The translations under genes were made by a program, and so were the position numbers. Positions 46,029-54,681 of a DNA stretch of 64,000 bases are shown piece by piece; positions within the stretch are counted from its first letter, which is position 1; every line of letters begins with the position of its first letter. The DNA comes from an uncultured Anaerolineae bacterium. Lineage in GTDB: Bacteria; Chloroflexota; Anaerolineae; Promineifilales; Promineifilaceae. The DNA is taken from the NCBI GenBank assembly GCA_905479495.1, contig CAJQMR010000043.1:2979-66978 (forward strand), in the 5' to 3' direction. The notes under the pieces were generated by a model. The model made no database searches. It was not told where the DNA came from and saw only the letters and a list, made by a program, of their open reading frames with translations.

Positions 46029-46577
46029 ATGGCAAGAAAAACGAAACGAGATTGGTTTGTAACGGCCGTTCAAATTCTGCGTCAGTCAGGCCCTCAGGGA
46101 TTAACCATTGACGCTTTATGTCAATCTTTAAGCATGACGAAAGGCTCTTTTTACCATCATTTTGGCAGTTACGAGGACTTCAAGACACAGTTTCTGGCGT
46201 TTTATGAGCAGGAAGGGACGCTGGATATCATTTCCGAACTGGCTGATTTACCTACAGCCAAAGAAAAGCTGCATCAGCTTTTGAACCTCATCGTGGATTT
46301 TTCGACCAAATTTCCAGAAGACCCGGATGTCGCGATGCGGGCGTGGGCGCTGCAAGATACGGCCGTTGCCCAAACCCAAGCCCGCGTAGACGGCCGTCGC
46401 CGAGAATACGTGCAATCACTCTGTGAAGAAATTACAGGCGATGCTGCTCAGGCCAAAACTATCGCACAACTGCTTTATGTGGTGCTGGTGGGCAGTGAGC
46501 AGATGCAGCCACCTATTGTAGGTGAAGAGCTACGCCAACTATTTTTTGAATGTTCGCGCTTATACAATCTGAACTAA
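46029..46577 (+). CDS. TetR/AcrR-family transcriptional regulator
   Basis: 182 aa with an N-terminal HTH (GLTIDALCQSLSMTKGSFYHHFGS). Confidence 0.9.
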   Translation: MARKTKRDWFVTAVQILRQSGPQGLTIDALCQSLSMTKGSFYHHFGSYEDFKTQFLAFYEQEGTLDIISELADLPTAKEKLHQLLNLIVDFSTKFPEDPDVAMRAWALQDTAVAQTQARVDGRRREYVQSLCEEITGDAAQAKTIAQLLYVVLVGSEQMQPPIVGEELRQLFFECSRLYNLN

Positions 46578-46601
46578 ACAAACTAAAGGTAAAAGGCACT
46601 C

Positions 46602-47168
46602 ATGTTCAAGAGGTTCAAAAAAGCAGCTATCGATCGTTTTTTAGATGCCTATAAACAGCAAAAGCTGCGGAATTCTAATACCACTTTGGCGCACTGTATG
46701 GCAACATCTCGCGCCATGTTGGCGCAGGCAAAATATTGTTTTCTGATCACACATGGAGAAAATGGCAGATGTTCTACTCGGCTTGTGCAACCGATTGTAA
46801 ATTTAGATGAGATGATCGTCTGGATAGGCACCCATCCTGGATTGAGGAAAGTGGCCGAAATCAAAAACAATGCCGACGTCACGTTAGCTTTTGAGAATCT
46901 GAAAGAAGATGCCAGTTTGGTTCTTTATGGCACGGCTCAAATTGAAACCAGCTCAGCCAAACGCAAACGATATTGGAAATATGAATGGCGTCTATTTTTC
47001 CCTGACGGCCCAGAAAGTAATGATTATGTGGCCATCAGAATTGAGCCATCCACAATAGAGTTAATGAATTTCCAGAAAAATATCGTTCAAGAACCATTTG
47101 GACTACGCCCCATTATCTTGGAAAGGGCAGATGACAAGTGGGACTTTGCTAAGGAACCTATTTTATGA
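46602..47168 (+). CDS. Pyridoxamine 5'-phosphate oxidase-like (general stress protein 26-like) protein
   Basis: 188 aa. This is a family-level resemblance only. Confidence 0.55.
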   Translation: MFKRFKKAAIDRFLDAYKQQKLRNSNTTLAHCMATSRAMLAQAKYCFLITHGENGRCSTRLVQPIVNLDEMIVWIGTHPGLRKVAEIKNNADVTLAFENLKEDASLVLYGTAQIETSSAKRKRYWKYEWRLFFPDGPESNDYVAIRIEPSTIELMNFQKNIVQEPFGLRPIILERADDKWDFAKEPIL

Positions 47169-47686
47169 AACAAAGCATTGATTTTACGGCCGTTCCCACT
47201 CTGCCCCAACTCATGGAAACTGCTAATCACATTGACATAAAAACTATCGATGGCGAGGTCTCATTGCGCCAATTTATTGCCGGGATGCTGACTTATTCAC
47301 CTGCGTGGTTAAAATTTTTGTACGGCGTGCGCTGGTTTTTTGTGCGGCTGTTAGGAATGAAGCAGGAAGGAATGCCCCAAGAGCCAAAGATACGGCCAGA
47401 GACCATCTCTTTTGTGGCTGGCAAACCGGCGCAATTTTTCACGGTACAAATGGCAAAAGAGGAGGCTTACTGGTTTGCGTCTGCTGCCGAATCACATCTC
47501 ACAGCTCATTTGGGTGTGGTGATGGACCCAGGCCAGCCCAATCTCTTTCATGTACTGACAATTGTGCATTACAACCGCTGGACGGGGCCGGTGTACTTTA
47601 ATGTGATACGGCCGTTTCACCACCTCGTCGTCTGGCAAATGATGAAAGCGGGTGTGAAGCAGCCGCTACGCTTGCAGGAAGTTTAA
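47165..47686 (+). CDS. Hypothetical protein (DUF2867-like)
   Basis: 173 aa, overlapping the upstream gene by 4 nt. The family assignment is weak. Confidence 0.4.
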   Translation: MKQSIDFTAVPTLPQLMETANHIDIKTIDGEVSLRQFIAGMLTYSPAWLKFLYGVRWFFVRLLGMKQEGMPQEPKIRPETISFVAGKPAQFFTVQMAKEEAYWFASAAESHLTAHLGVVMDPGQPNLFHVLTIVHYNRWTGPVYFNVIRPFHHLVVWQMMKAGVKQPLRLQEV

Positions 47687-48079
47687 AATCTGGTCAGCAA
47701 TTTCATCACGGACCTGGCGGAATACGGCCGTTACTTCCGCATCTGTCCCTGTAGCCTCCGCCGGATCGTAGAAGCCAATGTGTGTTTTCTGGCCTGCGTT
47801 ACCCAGCCAAACCGGGCATGTTTCTTTGGCCGAATCACACACCGTAATCACGTGGTCAAAATATTGCCCGCGAAACAGCCCTGTTGACTTTGATTTGTTC
47901 TGGCTCAAGTCAATGCCCAGTTCGCCCATGACGGCAATTGCTTTGGGATGCACGTAGCCGCTGGGCGCGGTTCCCGCCGAGTAAGCCACAAACTCGTCGC
48001 CCAGCCGGGCATTGATTAACCCTTCGGCCATCTGACTGCGGCAGGAGTTGCCGGTACACAAGACTAAAACCTTTTTCAT
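47666..48079 (-). CDS. arsC: Arsenate reductase, LMW-PTP (thioredoxin-coupled) type
   Basis: 137 aa. P-loop CTGNSCRSQMAEG and distal Cys residues (VCDSAKETCP). Confidence 0.9.
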   Translation of the reverse strand: MKKVLVLCTGNSCRSQMAEGLINARLGDEFVAYSAGTAPSGYVHPKAIAVMGELGIDLSQNKSKSTGLFRGQYFDHVITVCDSAKETCPVWLGNAGQKTHIGFYDPAEATGTDAEVTAVFRQVRDEIADQILNFLQA

Positions 48080-48094
48080 TTAATTTCTCCACAA

Positions 48095-48122
48095 CGTAGG
48101 TCAAGTTTGCAAACTTGACCTA
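48095..48122. repeat. Perfect 28-bp palindrome GTAGGTCAAGTTTGCAAACTTGACCTAC
   Basis: It overlaps the trpB stop codon and ends 16 nt upstream of the arsC start. Confidence 0.8.
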
Positions 48123-49325
48123 CAAATCCAGCGCCGCCATAACCGTGTTCAAATCTTTGTCACCCCGGCCGCTCAGATTCACCAGGATGATTTGGTCCGA
48201 GCGCATTTTGGGCGCTTGCTTGAGCGCTTCGGCCACGGCGTGGCTGGATTCCAATGCCGGAATAATGCCTTCAATTTTACATAACGTTTGAAAGGCCCCC
48301 AGTGCCTCTTCATCTGTGGCGTAGGTATAGCCCGCCCGCTCCTGGTCGCGCAGCAAAGCGTGTTCCGGGCCCACGCTGGGGTAATCCAGCCCAGCGCTGA
48401 TGCTATGGGTTTCCATAATTTGGCCGTCTGGCGTTTGCATGACGTAACTTTTGGTGCCGTGCAGCACGCCAATGCGGGCAATATTCATGTCGGCAAAACG
48501 AGCGGCGTGTTTGCCCCCGGCAATGCCCTCACCCCCTGCTTCTACGCCAATGAGGTCTACACCCTCGTCGTCGCGGAAGGCATGGAAGATGCCCATCGCA
48601 TTGCTGCCGCCGCCCACGCAGGCAATGATCGTATCGGGCAAACGGCCGACTTCGTCCAACATCTGCTGCCGCGCTTCGTAGCCAATCACACTTTGGAAGT
48701 CACGCACCATCATCGGGTAAGGGTGCGGTCCCAGAACGGAGCCGAGGAGATAGTGGGTGGTTTCCACATTCGTTACCCAGTCGCGAATAGCTTCGTTGAT
48801 GGCATCTTTAAGGGTTTTGCTGCCGCTTTCCACGGCGCGCACTTCTGCGCCCAGCAGCTTCATGCGGTAGACATTGGGCTGCTGCCGGGCAATGTCCACG
48901 CTGCCCATGTAGACGATGCATTCCAGACCCAACAAAGCGCAGGCGGTAGCCGTACCTACGCCATGCTGTCCCGCGCCTGTTTCGGCCACGATGCGGGTTT
49001 TGCCCATGCGCTGGGCCAGCAGCGCCTGCCCCAGGGCATTGTTGATTTTGTGCGCCCCGGTGTGGTTCAAATCTTCCCGCTTGAAGTAGATTTGCGCGCC
49101 ACCCAGGCTGGCCGAAAGTCGTTTGGCGTGGCTGATGGGAGACGGCCGTCCCACGTACGTTTTCAGCAAATGGTTAAACTCAGCCATAAACGCCTCATCC
49201 TGGCACACTTCATCGTAGACACGAATAAGTTCATCCAGAGCGGGCATCAGGGTTTCGGGCACAAATTGACCGCCGTAGGGGCCAAATTTACCTCGTTCAT
49301 CAGGAACGGTTGCAGATTGTGTCAT
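48120..49325 (-). CDS. trpB: Tryptophan synthase beta chain
   Basis: 401 aa. PLP-lysine motif HTGAHKINN and GGGSNAMG. Confidence 0.95.
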   Translation of the reverse strand: MTQSATVPDERGKFGPYGGQFVPETLMPALDELIRVYDEVCQDEAFMAEFNHLLKTYVGRPSPISHAKRLSASLGGAQIYFKREDLNHTGAHKINNALGQALLAQRMGKTRIVAETGAGQHGVGTATACALLGLECIVYMGSVDIARQQPNVYRMKLLGAEVRAVESGSKTLKDAINEAIRDWVTNVETTHYLLGSVLGPHPYPMMVRDFQSVIGYEARQQMLDEVGRLPDTIIACVGGGSNAMGIFHAFRDDEGVDLIGVEAGGEGIAGGKHAARFADMNIARIGVLHGTKSYVMQTPDGQIMETHSISAGLDYPSVGPEHALLRDQERAGYTYATDEEALGAFQTLCKIEGIIPALESSHAVAEALKQAPKMRSDQIILVNLSGRGDKDLNTVMAALDL

Positions 49326-49660
49326 GAGATCATCCTCTTTTTTGGTTTACAAAGCTGATTATAACAAGGGGAAAGAATTGTGGGGTAAACGTTTTGTAAA
49401 CGGATTCTCCCGGAAACGGCTCGCAAATACCAATCCATCGCAAAGCTTCCAGGAAAATACAGCACCTTCAATTATTTAACAGTGTCAAAGGCGAAGTCTC
49501 GGCCGCCCAGCAACGTCACTCTAGCAAAGGTTATCCGTTGGCTAATGCGTAAAATTCAAATAGCGTATAATCAAAATACACCTTGCATATCCCGAATCAT
49601 GCAATCATTGCTACGCATCACAAAAACCGTTTTTTTACTCTTTTCAGGAGGCTTCAAATC

Positions 49661-51367
49661 ATGCGTCTTTCATCCCCAATTTCCGCTATGAAAGAAGTGT
49701 ATCAAATTGTTGTAATTGGCTCCGGCTATGGGGGCAGCATCGCCGCTTCTCGGCTGGCGCGAGCTGGGCAGGAAGTGTGCCTGCTGGAGCGTGGCCGAGA
49801 GCTTCGGCCTGGTGATTATCCCAATAGCGAATTGGAACTGGCCAAAGAAACTCAGCTAAATACGCCGCTGGGCCACGTTGGTGAAGAAACAGCGCTTAAT
49901 GAGTACCACGTCAACGACGAGATGACCGTTTTGGTGGGCATTGGCTTAGGCGGTGGTTCACTCATCAATGGCAACGTGGCGCTGCGAACCGACCCGCGCA
50001 TTTTTGACCATCCTGATTGGCCACGGCCGTTTCGCACAGATGTGTCTACCCGCCTGACCCACGGCTACGAACTGGCCGAGCAAATGTTGGGCACCACCAC
50101 CTACCCAGACAACTTTCCGGCCATCCCCAAATTTGAAGCGCTGAAAAAAACGGCCGTATCCCTCAACGCCAACTACTATCCTGCGCCCATGAACGTCACC
50201 TTTCATGATGGTCCCAACGTGGTGGGCGTGGAACAAAAAGCGTGCCAACTATGCGGCGACTGTATGACCGGCTGCAACTATCATGCCAAAAATACCACCC
50301 TCATGAACTACCTGCCGGATGCCAAACATCACAGCGCACATATCTTTACGGAAATCGAAGTGCACCACCTTGAGCGCAGGGAAGGCGAATGGGCAGTCCA
50401 CTGCCGCCTGTTAGGCGATTCAGACGCGGCCAAAGCCCAACCAGAGCGTATCATCAAGGCCGAGATGGTGATTTTGGCGGCAGGAACCTTGGGGTCTACC
50501 AAAATATTATTCCGCTCACGCGAGGCTGGGTTGGCTTTATCGCAGCAGTTGGGGCATCACTTTTCTGGTAACGGAGATGTGGGCGCATTTGCCTACAATA
50601 ACAATCTGCCTGTCAATGCCGTCGGCACCGGCCCCAAGGCCGCCGACAAGCCACCCGTCGGCCCACTGATAAACGGTGTGATTGATACCCGTCCCCAAGT
50701 GGATAATTGGGAGGAAGGGCTGGTCATTCAGGAAGGAACGTTCCCCAGCGCGGCGACCCTGGCACTGGCCAAAGGACTCAAGGTGATGGCTACGGCATCG
50801 GGCAAGGACACAGATAAAGGGCTGCTGGATAAGCTAAAGGAAACATATCGTGAATGGGTGAGCTTTTTTCGGGGGCCTTATCATGGGGCAGTGAAGCATA
50901 CGCTGATGTGGTTGGTGATGACCCACGATGACAGTCGCGGCCGACTCGTCCTGAAAAACGACCGCATTCGTATTCAGTGGGACGATATTGGCGATCAGCC
51001 ATTTGCCCAGCGGGTCAATGAATTTTTACGGCGGGGTACGACCGTTCTTGGCGGCACCTTTGTCTCAAATCCACTGTGGAGCCTGCTGACAAACCGCCCG
51101 ATGGTTACTTCTCATCCGCTGGGTGGCTGCCCGATGGGGGAGGATGCTGAGCATGGCGTGGTGAATCACAAGGGGCAGGTGTTTGCTAGTGAGACGGGAA
51201 CGGCCGTACACGAAGGGCTCTACATTTGCGACGGCTCCGTCATCCCCCACTCGCTTGGCGTCAATTTGCTACTCACCATTTCCGCCATGACCGAACGAGC
51301 CATGGCCATCCTGGCCGAGGAACGCGGTTGGCAAATTGATTACAGCCTGCCTCAGCAACGACATTGA
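49661..51367 (+). CDS. GMC-family FAD oxidoreductase (cholesterol oxidase-like)
   Basis: ORF 49583..51367. I prefer the ATG at 49661, with AGGAGG upstream. FAD motif VVIGSGYGGSIAASRLARAG. Confidence 0.85.
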   Translation: MRLSSPISAMKEVYQIVVIGSGYGGSIAASRLARAGQEVCLLERGRELRPGDYPNSELELAKETQLNTPLGHVGEETALNEYHVNDEMTVLVGIGLGGGSLINGNVALRTDPRIFDHPDWPRPFRTDVSTRLTHGYELAEQMLGTTTYPDNFPAIPKFEALKKTAVSLNANYYPAPMNVTFHDGPNVVGVEQKACQLCGDCMTGCNYHAKNTTLMNYLPDAKHHSAHIFTEIEVHHLERREGEWAVHCRLLGDSDAAKAQPERIIKAEMVILAAGTLGSTKILFRSREAGLALSQQLGHHFSGNGDVGAFAYNNNLPVNAVGTGPKAADKPPVGPLINGVIDTRPQVDNWEEGLVIQEGTFPSAATLALAKGLKVMATASGKDTDKGLLDKLKETYREWVSFFRGPYHGAVKHTLMWLVMTHDDSRGRLVLKNDRIRIQWDDIGDQPFAQRVNEFLRRGTTVLGGTFVSNPLWSLLTNRPMVTSHPLGGCPMGEDAEHGVVNHKGQVFASETGTAVHEGLYICDGSVIPHSLGVNLLLTISAMTERAMAILAEERGWQIDYSLPQQRH

Positions 51368-51390
51368 ACCAAACCTGGCAGAGAATTTTT

Positions 51391-51475
51391 GACGCATAGA
51401 ACGCAAAGAATTGAAGGGAGCAAAAAGAAGATTTCTTTCTTGATCCACCTTTGCCTCTTTGCGCCAAGTTTTTTT
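51391..51475. repeat. Unit-repeat hairpin (GCAAAG units) with a T7 tail; likely a bidirectional terminator
   Basis: GACGCATAGAACGCAAAGAA ... CCTTTGCCTCTTTGCGCC AAGTTTTTTT. Same unit family as 11184-11271. Confidence 0.65.
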
Positions 51476-52019
51476 AGCCACTAAGATTCCTCAATTTTTC
51501 GGCGCTTTGCAGCAGAACCAAAGCGGAGGGGGCGTCAGTAATTTCACCCGCAAATGCCATCTGTAAAACTTGCTCAATGGGCTTGATGTGCACCTCGATG
51601 ACTTCGGCCGGTTCGTGAGCTGTCGGACCTAAGGTAACGTCGGTGGCCAAAAAGTAGTGGCCCACTTCGTCACAAATGCCGTTGGCGGTATAAAACTGGC
51701 CCAAATGGGTTAACGCTTCACAGCGGCCGCCGACTTCTTCGTGCAGCTCTTCGAGGGCGGCCTCTTCTAGCGTTTGGCCTGGCTTCACGCTTCCGGCGGG
51801 CAGTTCCCAACACCAATCATCAACTGTATATCTGTAACTGCGACACAGGACAATTTCTCCTTGGGGCGTGACGGGTAAAATCCAAACGGCCGTTGACGTC
51901 GTCACCGTGTTGTAAACGCCCTGGCTGCCATCAGGCAGCAAAATTTCGTCCTGGCGGATGGCGTACCAGGGGCAAGACCAGGCAATGCGGCTGGTTAATG
52001 TTTTGAAAGGTCGTTTCAT
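51474..52019 (-). CDS. NUDIX hydrolase
   Basis: 181 aa with the Nudix box GSVKPGQTLEEAALEELHEEVGG. Confidence 0.85.
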   Translation of the reverse strand: MKRPFKTLTSRIAWSCPWYAIRQDEILLPDGSQGVYNTVTTSTAVWILPVTPQGEIVLCRSYRYTVDDWCWELPAGSVKPGQTLEEAALEELHEEVGGRCEALTHLGQFYTANGICDEVGHYFLATDVTLGPTAHEPAEVIEVHIKPIEQVLQMAFAGEITDAPSALVLLQSAEKLRNLSG

Positions 52020-52060
52020 AATGGTTAATGGTGAATGGTAAATTGTTAATGGTTAATGGC
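52019..52060. repeat. Six tandem heptamers TAATGGT
   Basis: TAATGGT TAATGGT GAATGGT AAATTGT TAATGGT TAATGGC. It spans the NUDIX start codon and the trpF stop codon. Confidence 0.85.
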
Positions 52061-52768
52061 GGATTTGGCGTTTTGGACGAAGGCTCGGACCAGTTCAGGG
52101 GCTTTTTTGCCAGGGCTGGCTTCAACGCCGCTGGCCACATCGACGGCAAACGGCCGTACCAACCGCACCGCCTCGGCCACATTGTCAGCATGCAAACCCC
52201 CGGCCAGCATTAAACCAGGCACAGATTCGGCTAACTGAGCACTCATCGTCCAGTCTCCCGTTGCCCCCGTGCCGCCGCGTAAGGTGGGGTGGTAAGTATC
52301 AATTAAGAGGCTGGGAGATTGGAGATTGGAGATTGGAGGCTGCTCACTGCCTACTGAATACTGATTACTGGCTACCGATAACTGATTACCGTCCACTGCA
52401 TACCACTCCGCCTCCGCTTCCGCTTCGGCCAGGCTGGTAGGGCGTAAGGCTTTGTAGGAACGGCCGTAAATCGGCGATCGTTCATCTCCTACTAAAAACG
52501 GCACCTCTTCGCCACTGAGCTGGGCCAGGTCCAGGCCGACTTCATCCAAAATCTCGGCCATACGCGGGCCGGTTTCGTTGACAAACACGCCGACCAGCAC
52601 CGGGCAGTTGGGTGCCACACGCAGCGTTTGCACGATGGCTCTTGCTGTATTTATGTCAACTGAGCGCTTGCTGGGTGGGTAGAAGATAAAACCGAGGTAG
52701 TCGGCTCCGGCGGCAACGGCCGTTTGTGCATCGGCCAGATTCGTGAGGCCACAAATTTTTACTTTCAT
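52046..52768 (-). CDS. trpF: Phosphoribosylanthranilate isomerase carrying a ~28-aa repeat-encoded insertion
   Basis: ORF 52046..52798. I prefer the start at 52768 (MKVKICGLTN...). Conserved C-terminus RPFAVDVASGVEASPGKK. At 240 aa it is longer than the ~205 aa typical of the family. Confidence 0.85.
   Translation of the reverse strand: MKVKICGLTNLADAQTAVAAGADYLGFIFYPPSKRSVDINTARAIVQTLRVAPNCPVLVGVFVNETGPRMAEILDEVGLDLAQLSGEEVPFLVGDERSPIYGRSYKALRPTSLAEAEAEAEWYAVDGNQLSVASNQYSVGSEQPPISNLQSPSLLIDTYHPTLRGGTGATGDWTMSAQLAESVPGLMLAGGLHADNVAEAVRLVRPFAVDVASGVEASPGKKAPELVRAFVQNAKSAINH
52314..52404. repeat. ~13 tandem heptamers inside the trpF coding sequence (GGAGATT x3, then GNNTACY units)
   Basis: GGAGATT GGAGATT GGAGATT GGAGGCT GCTCACT GCCTACT GAATACT GATTACT GGCTACC GATAACT GATTACC GTCCACT GCATACC. 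Confidence 0.8.
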
Positions 52769-52840
52769 GCCTCTATTATGCCGTGCCGAGGCGGGCACGC
52801 CAAAAGAGACTTGGCGGGTAACGGCCGTCCCGCAATTAGG

Positions 52841-53614
52841 CTACGACAATGCTGGAAAAAGCTGTAAAAATGCCAGAGAGAGATAGAGCAGCAGCACCGC
52901 CGCGCTGTTGGTGGTGATGTGAATGATGATGGGAATAAACAAGGAGCGCGTGCGCTCGTAAGCGTAGGCGTTGACCAAACCAATAACAAAGCTGGCAGCC
53001 ACCACGCTGATGCTGTCGGCGTGGGCCAGGGCAAAAATGGTGCCGCTGGCCAGCACCCGCAGCCAGACCCGCTCCGTTTTGCCCCAAAACCAGGTGTGCA
53101 GCAGGCCGCGAAAGTACAGCTCCTCGGAAATGGGCACAAGTATGCCCGCGCCAAGCAGCGTGCTAAAAAAGCCAATCCAGGAAAATTCCAGCGCGCCGCC
53201 CATGATCAGATCGCTGCGGGCTTGCAGGCTGTCCAGATTGCCTTCGACGAACATTTGCACCAGCAGCCCCAGCGCGGCCCGCCCCGGCAGCAGCAAGATG
53301 GCCACACCAGCGCCAAGCAACAGCCACTGCCAGCTCCAACGGAACGGCCGTAAGCCTAATCCCTGCCAACTAATCTTCCCCCGCCGCACGCCTAGCAAAT
53401 ACGTCGTGCCGCCCAGGCACACAAAGTTGGCCAAAAAGAGCAAAAAAGACGCCCCCAGACTGATCTCTGGAAACAAGGCACTTACCACCCCGGACAGCAA
53501 AATAAAAGAACCAAAACCGATTAGCAGATAAAGCGCCAAATCCAACCAGCTTTGCGGCGCGGGTTTAGTATCTCCTTGTGCTTCCAGGGTGGGTGGCTCA
53601 ATTTCCGCCATCAA
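52841..53614 (-). CDS. CPBP-family intramembrane glutamic endopeptidase (CAAX protease/Abi)
   Basis: 257 aa with motifs SEELYFRG, FALAHAD and IIHITTN. Confidence 0.8.
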   Translation of the reverse strand: MMAEIEPPTLEAQGDTKPAPQSWLDLALYLLIGFGSFILLSGVVSALFPEISLGASFLLFLANFVCLGGTTYLLGVRRGKISWQGLGLRPFRWSWQWLLLGAGVAILLLPGRAALGLLVQMFVEGNLDSLQARSDLIMGGALEFSWIGFFSTLLGAGILVPISEELYFRGLLHTWFWGKTERVWLRVLASGTIFALAHADSISVVAASFVIGLVNAYAYERTRSLFIPIIIHITTNSAAVLLLYLSLAFLQLFPALS

Positions 53615-54536
53615 TCAATTCTCCAGTTTGGCGTGCAGGGCTGGTGCGCCGTCGCAGCAAAATAAAGTAGAAAATAATGGCCATCACCCAAAAAGAGACT
53701 AGGGCATAAACGGCATTCAACTCTGTGACCAAGAAAATCGATTCGGTTTGCAAAGCAGAGTTGACGTAGTTGGCAAACAGCGCCGAGTAAAGATTGTTGG
53801 CCGCGTGGGCACCAATGGCTAACTCGGCCGAATTGTCGCGCAGGGTGATGAAGGCAAAAAAAGCACCGATGCTCAGGTAAAACAGGGGCAGCAAGATGGC
53901 GCTGGCGGCCAATTCAGGATTGCCCAAATGGGGAATCATAAACAAAATGCCATTGACCAACGCCAGGACCCAAAAATTACGGCTTAGGTGACCGCTGGCT
54001 TGCAGCAGGTAGCCACGAAACAGCAGCTCTTCGGCGGTGGTTTGCATAGGGGTGAGCAGCAGCACCGCCAGGGCAAAAATAAAAAAGCGGCCAGGATTAA
54101 AAACAAAGGTGTAGATGTCTGGCGTGAGCAAATATTCTACGGCGCTGGCTAAAGTGACCAGCAGCAGCCAGACGCCAAAGCCCTGCCCTATGCGCCGCCA
54201 GTTGAGCTGTTTGGCGGGGGTGATAATGGAACGAAACGGCCGTCCATGCACAAATCGCACCGTCACAAATACACCCAAAATCAACAGGCCAAAGCTCAGA
54301 TTCAGCACGATATAGTTAAAAATTGGATCGACGCCGCTAAAAAAGCCGGTTTCCATGTTTACGGCCGTTTCTGGATTGCCATCAATCATCACCCACACAA
54401 TTGGCAGCAACACAAACACAGAACCCAAAACCAACCAGAAAAACAAAATCAAAATAAAGCCAAAAAAATAACGGACCCATTCAGTCTGGCCCGCATAAAC
54501 CTGATCTAGAAAAGAATTTTTTATCTCTTTTTCCAT
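53598..54536 (-). CDS. CPBP-family intramembrane glutamic endopeptidase (second, diverged copy)
   Basis: 312 aa with motifs AEELLFRGY, MIPHLGN and GAHAANN. It overlaps the downstream copy by 17 nt. Confidence 0.8.
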   Translation of the reverse strand: MEKEIKNSFLDQVYAGQTEWVRYFFGFILILFFWLVLGSVFVLLPIVWVMIDGNPETAVNMETGFFSGVDPIFNYIVLNLSFGLLILGVFVTVRFVHGRPFRSIITPAKQLNWRRIGQGFGVWLLLVTLASAVEYLLTPDIYTFVFNPGRFFIFALAVLLLTPMQTTAEELLFRGYLLQASGHLSRNFWVLALVNGILFMIPHLGNPELAASAILLPLFYLSIGAFFAFITLRDNSAELAIGAHAANNLYSALFANYVNSALQTESIFLVTELNAVYALVSFWVMAIIFYFILLRRRTSPARQTGELIDGGN

Positions 54537-54561
54537 AACTTTTGTCGCAAATAGGCCGCCC

Positions 54562-54667
54562 GGAGCTAAAGCTCCCAGCTAGTTGTAAGCGCCCCGTCAA
54601 CGGGGCTTATCCTTATCTGGTTAAGCCGGATTTATCCGGCGCATCTACCAGCCCAGACGTTTACGTC
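54562..54667. repeat. Four consecutive short GC-rich tetraloop hairpins
   Basis: GGAGC-TAAA-GCTCC (54562-54575), GCCCCG-TCAA-CGGGGC (54591-54606), GCCGGA-TTTA-TCCGGC (54625-54640) and GACG-TTTA-CGTC (54656-54667). Confidence 0.6.
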
Positions 54668-54681
54668 AGGGCGAATCACAG

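Noticed and set aside
48288-49358. A 356-aa ORF antisense to trpB. Similar long antisense or out-of-frame ORFs occur at 37827-38813, 15472-16248, 45245-45901, 13297-13983, 28370-28987, 1956-2600, 7269-7892 and 52971-53531.
   Set aside because: Each lies entirely within a strongly supported gene on the other strand. They lack recognisable motifs and start signals and have low-complexity, Arg/Pro/Gly-rich translations typical of GC-rich antisense frames.
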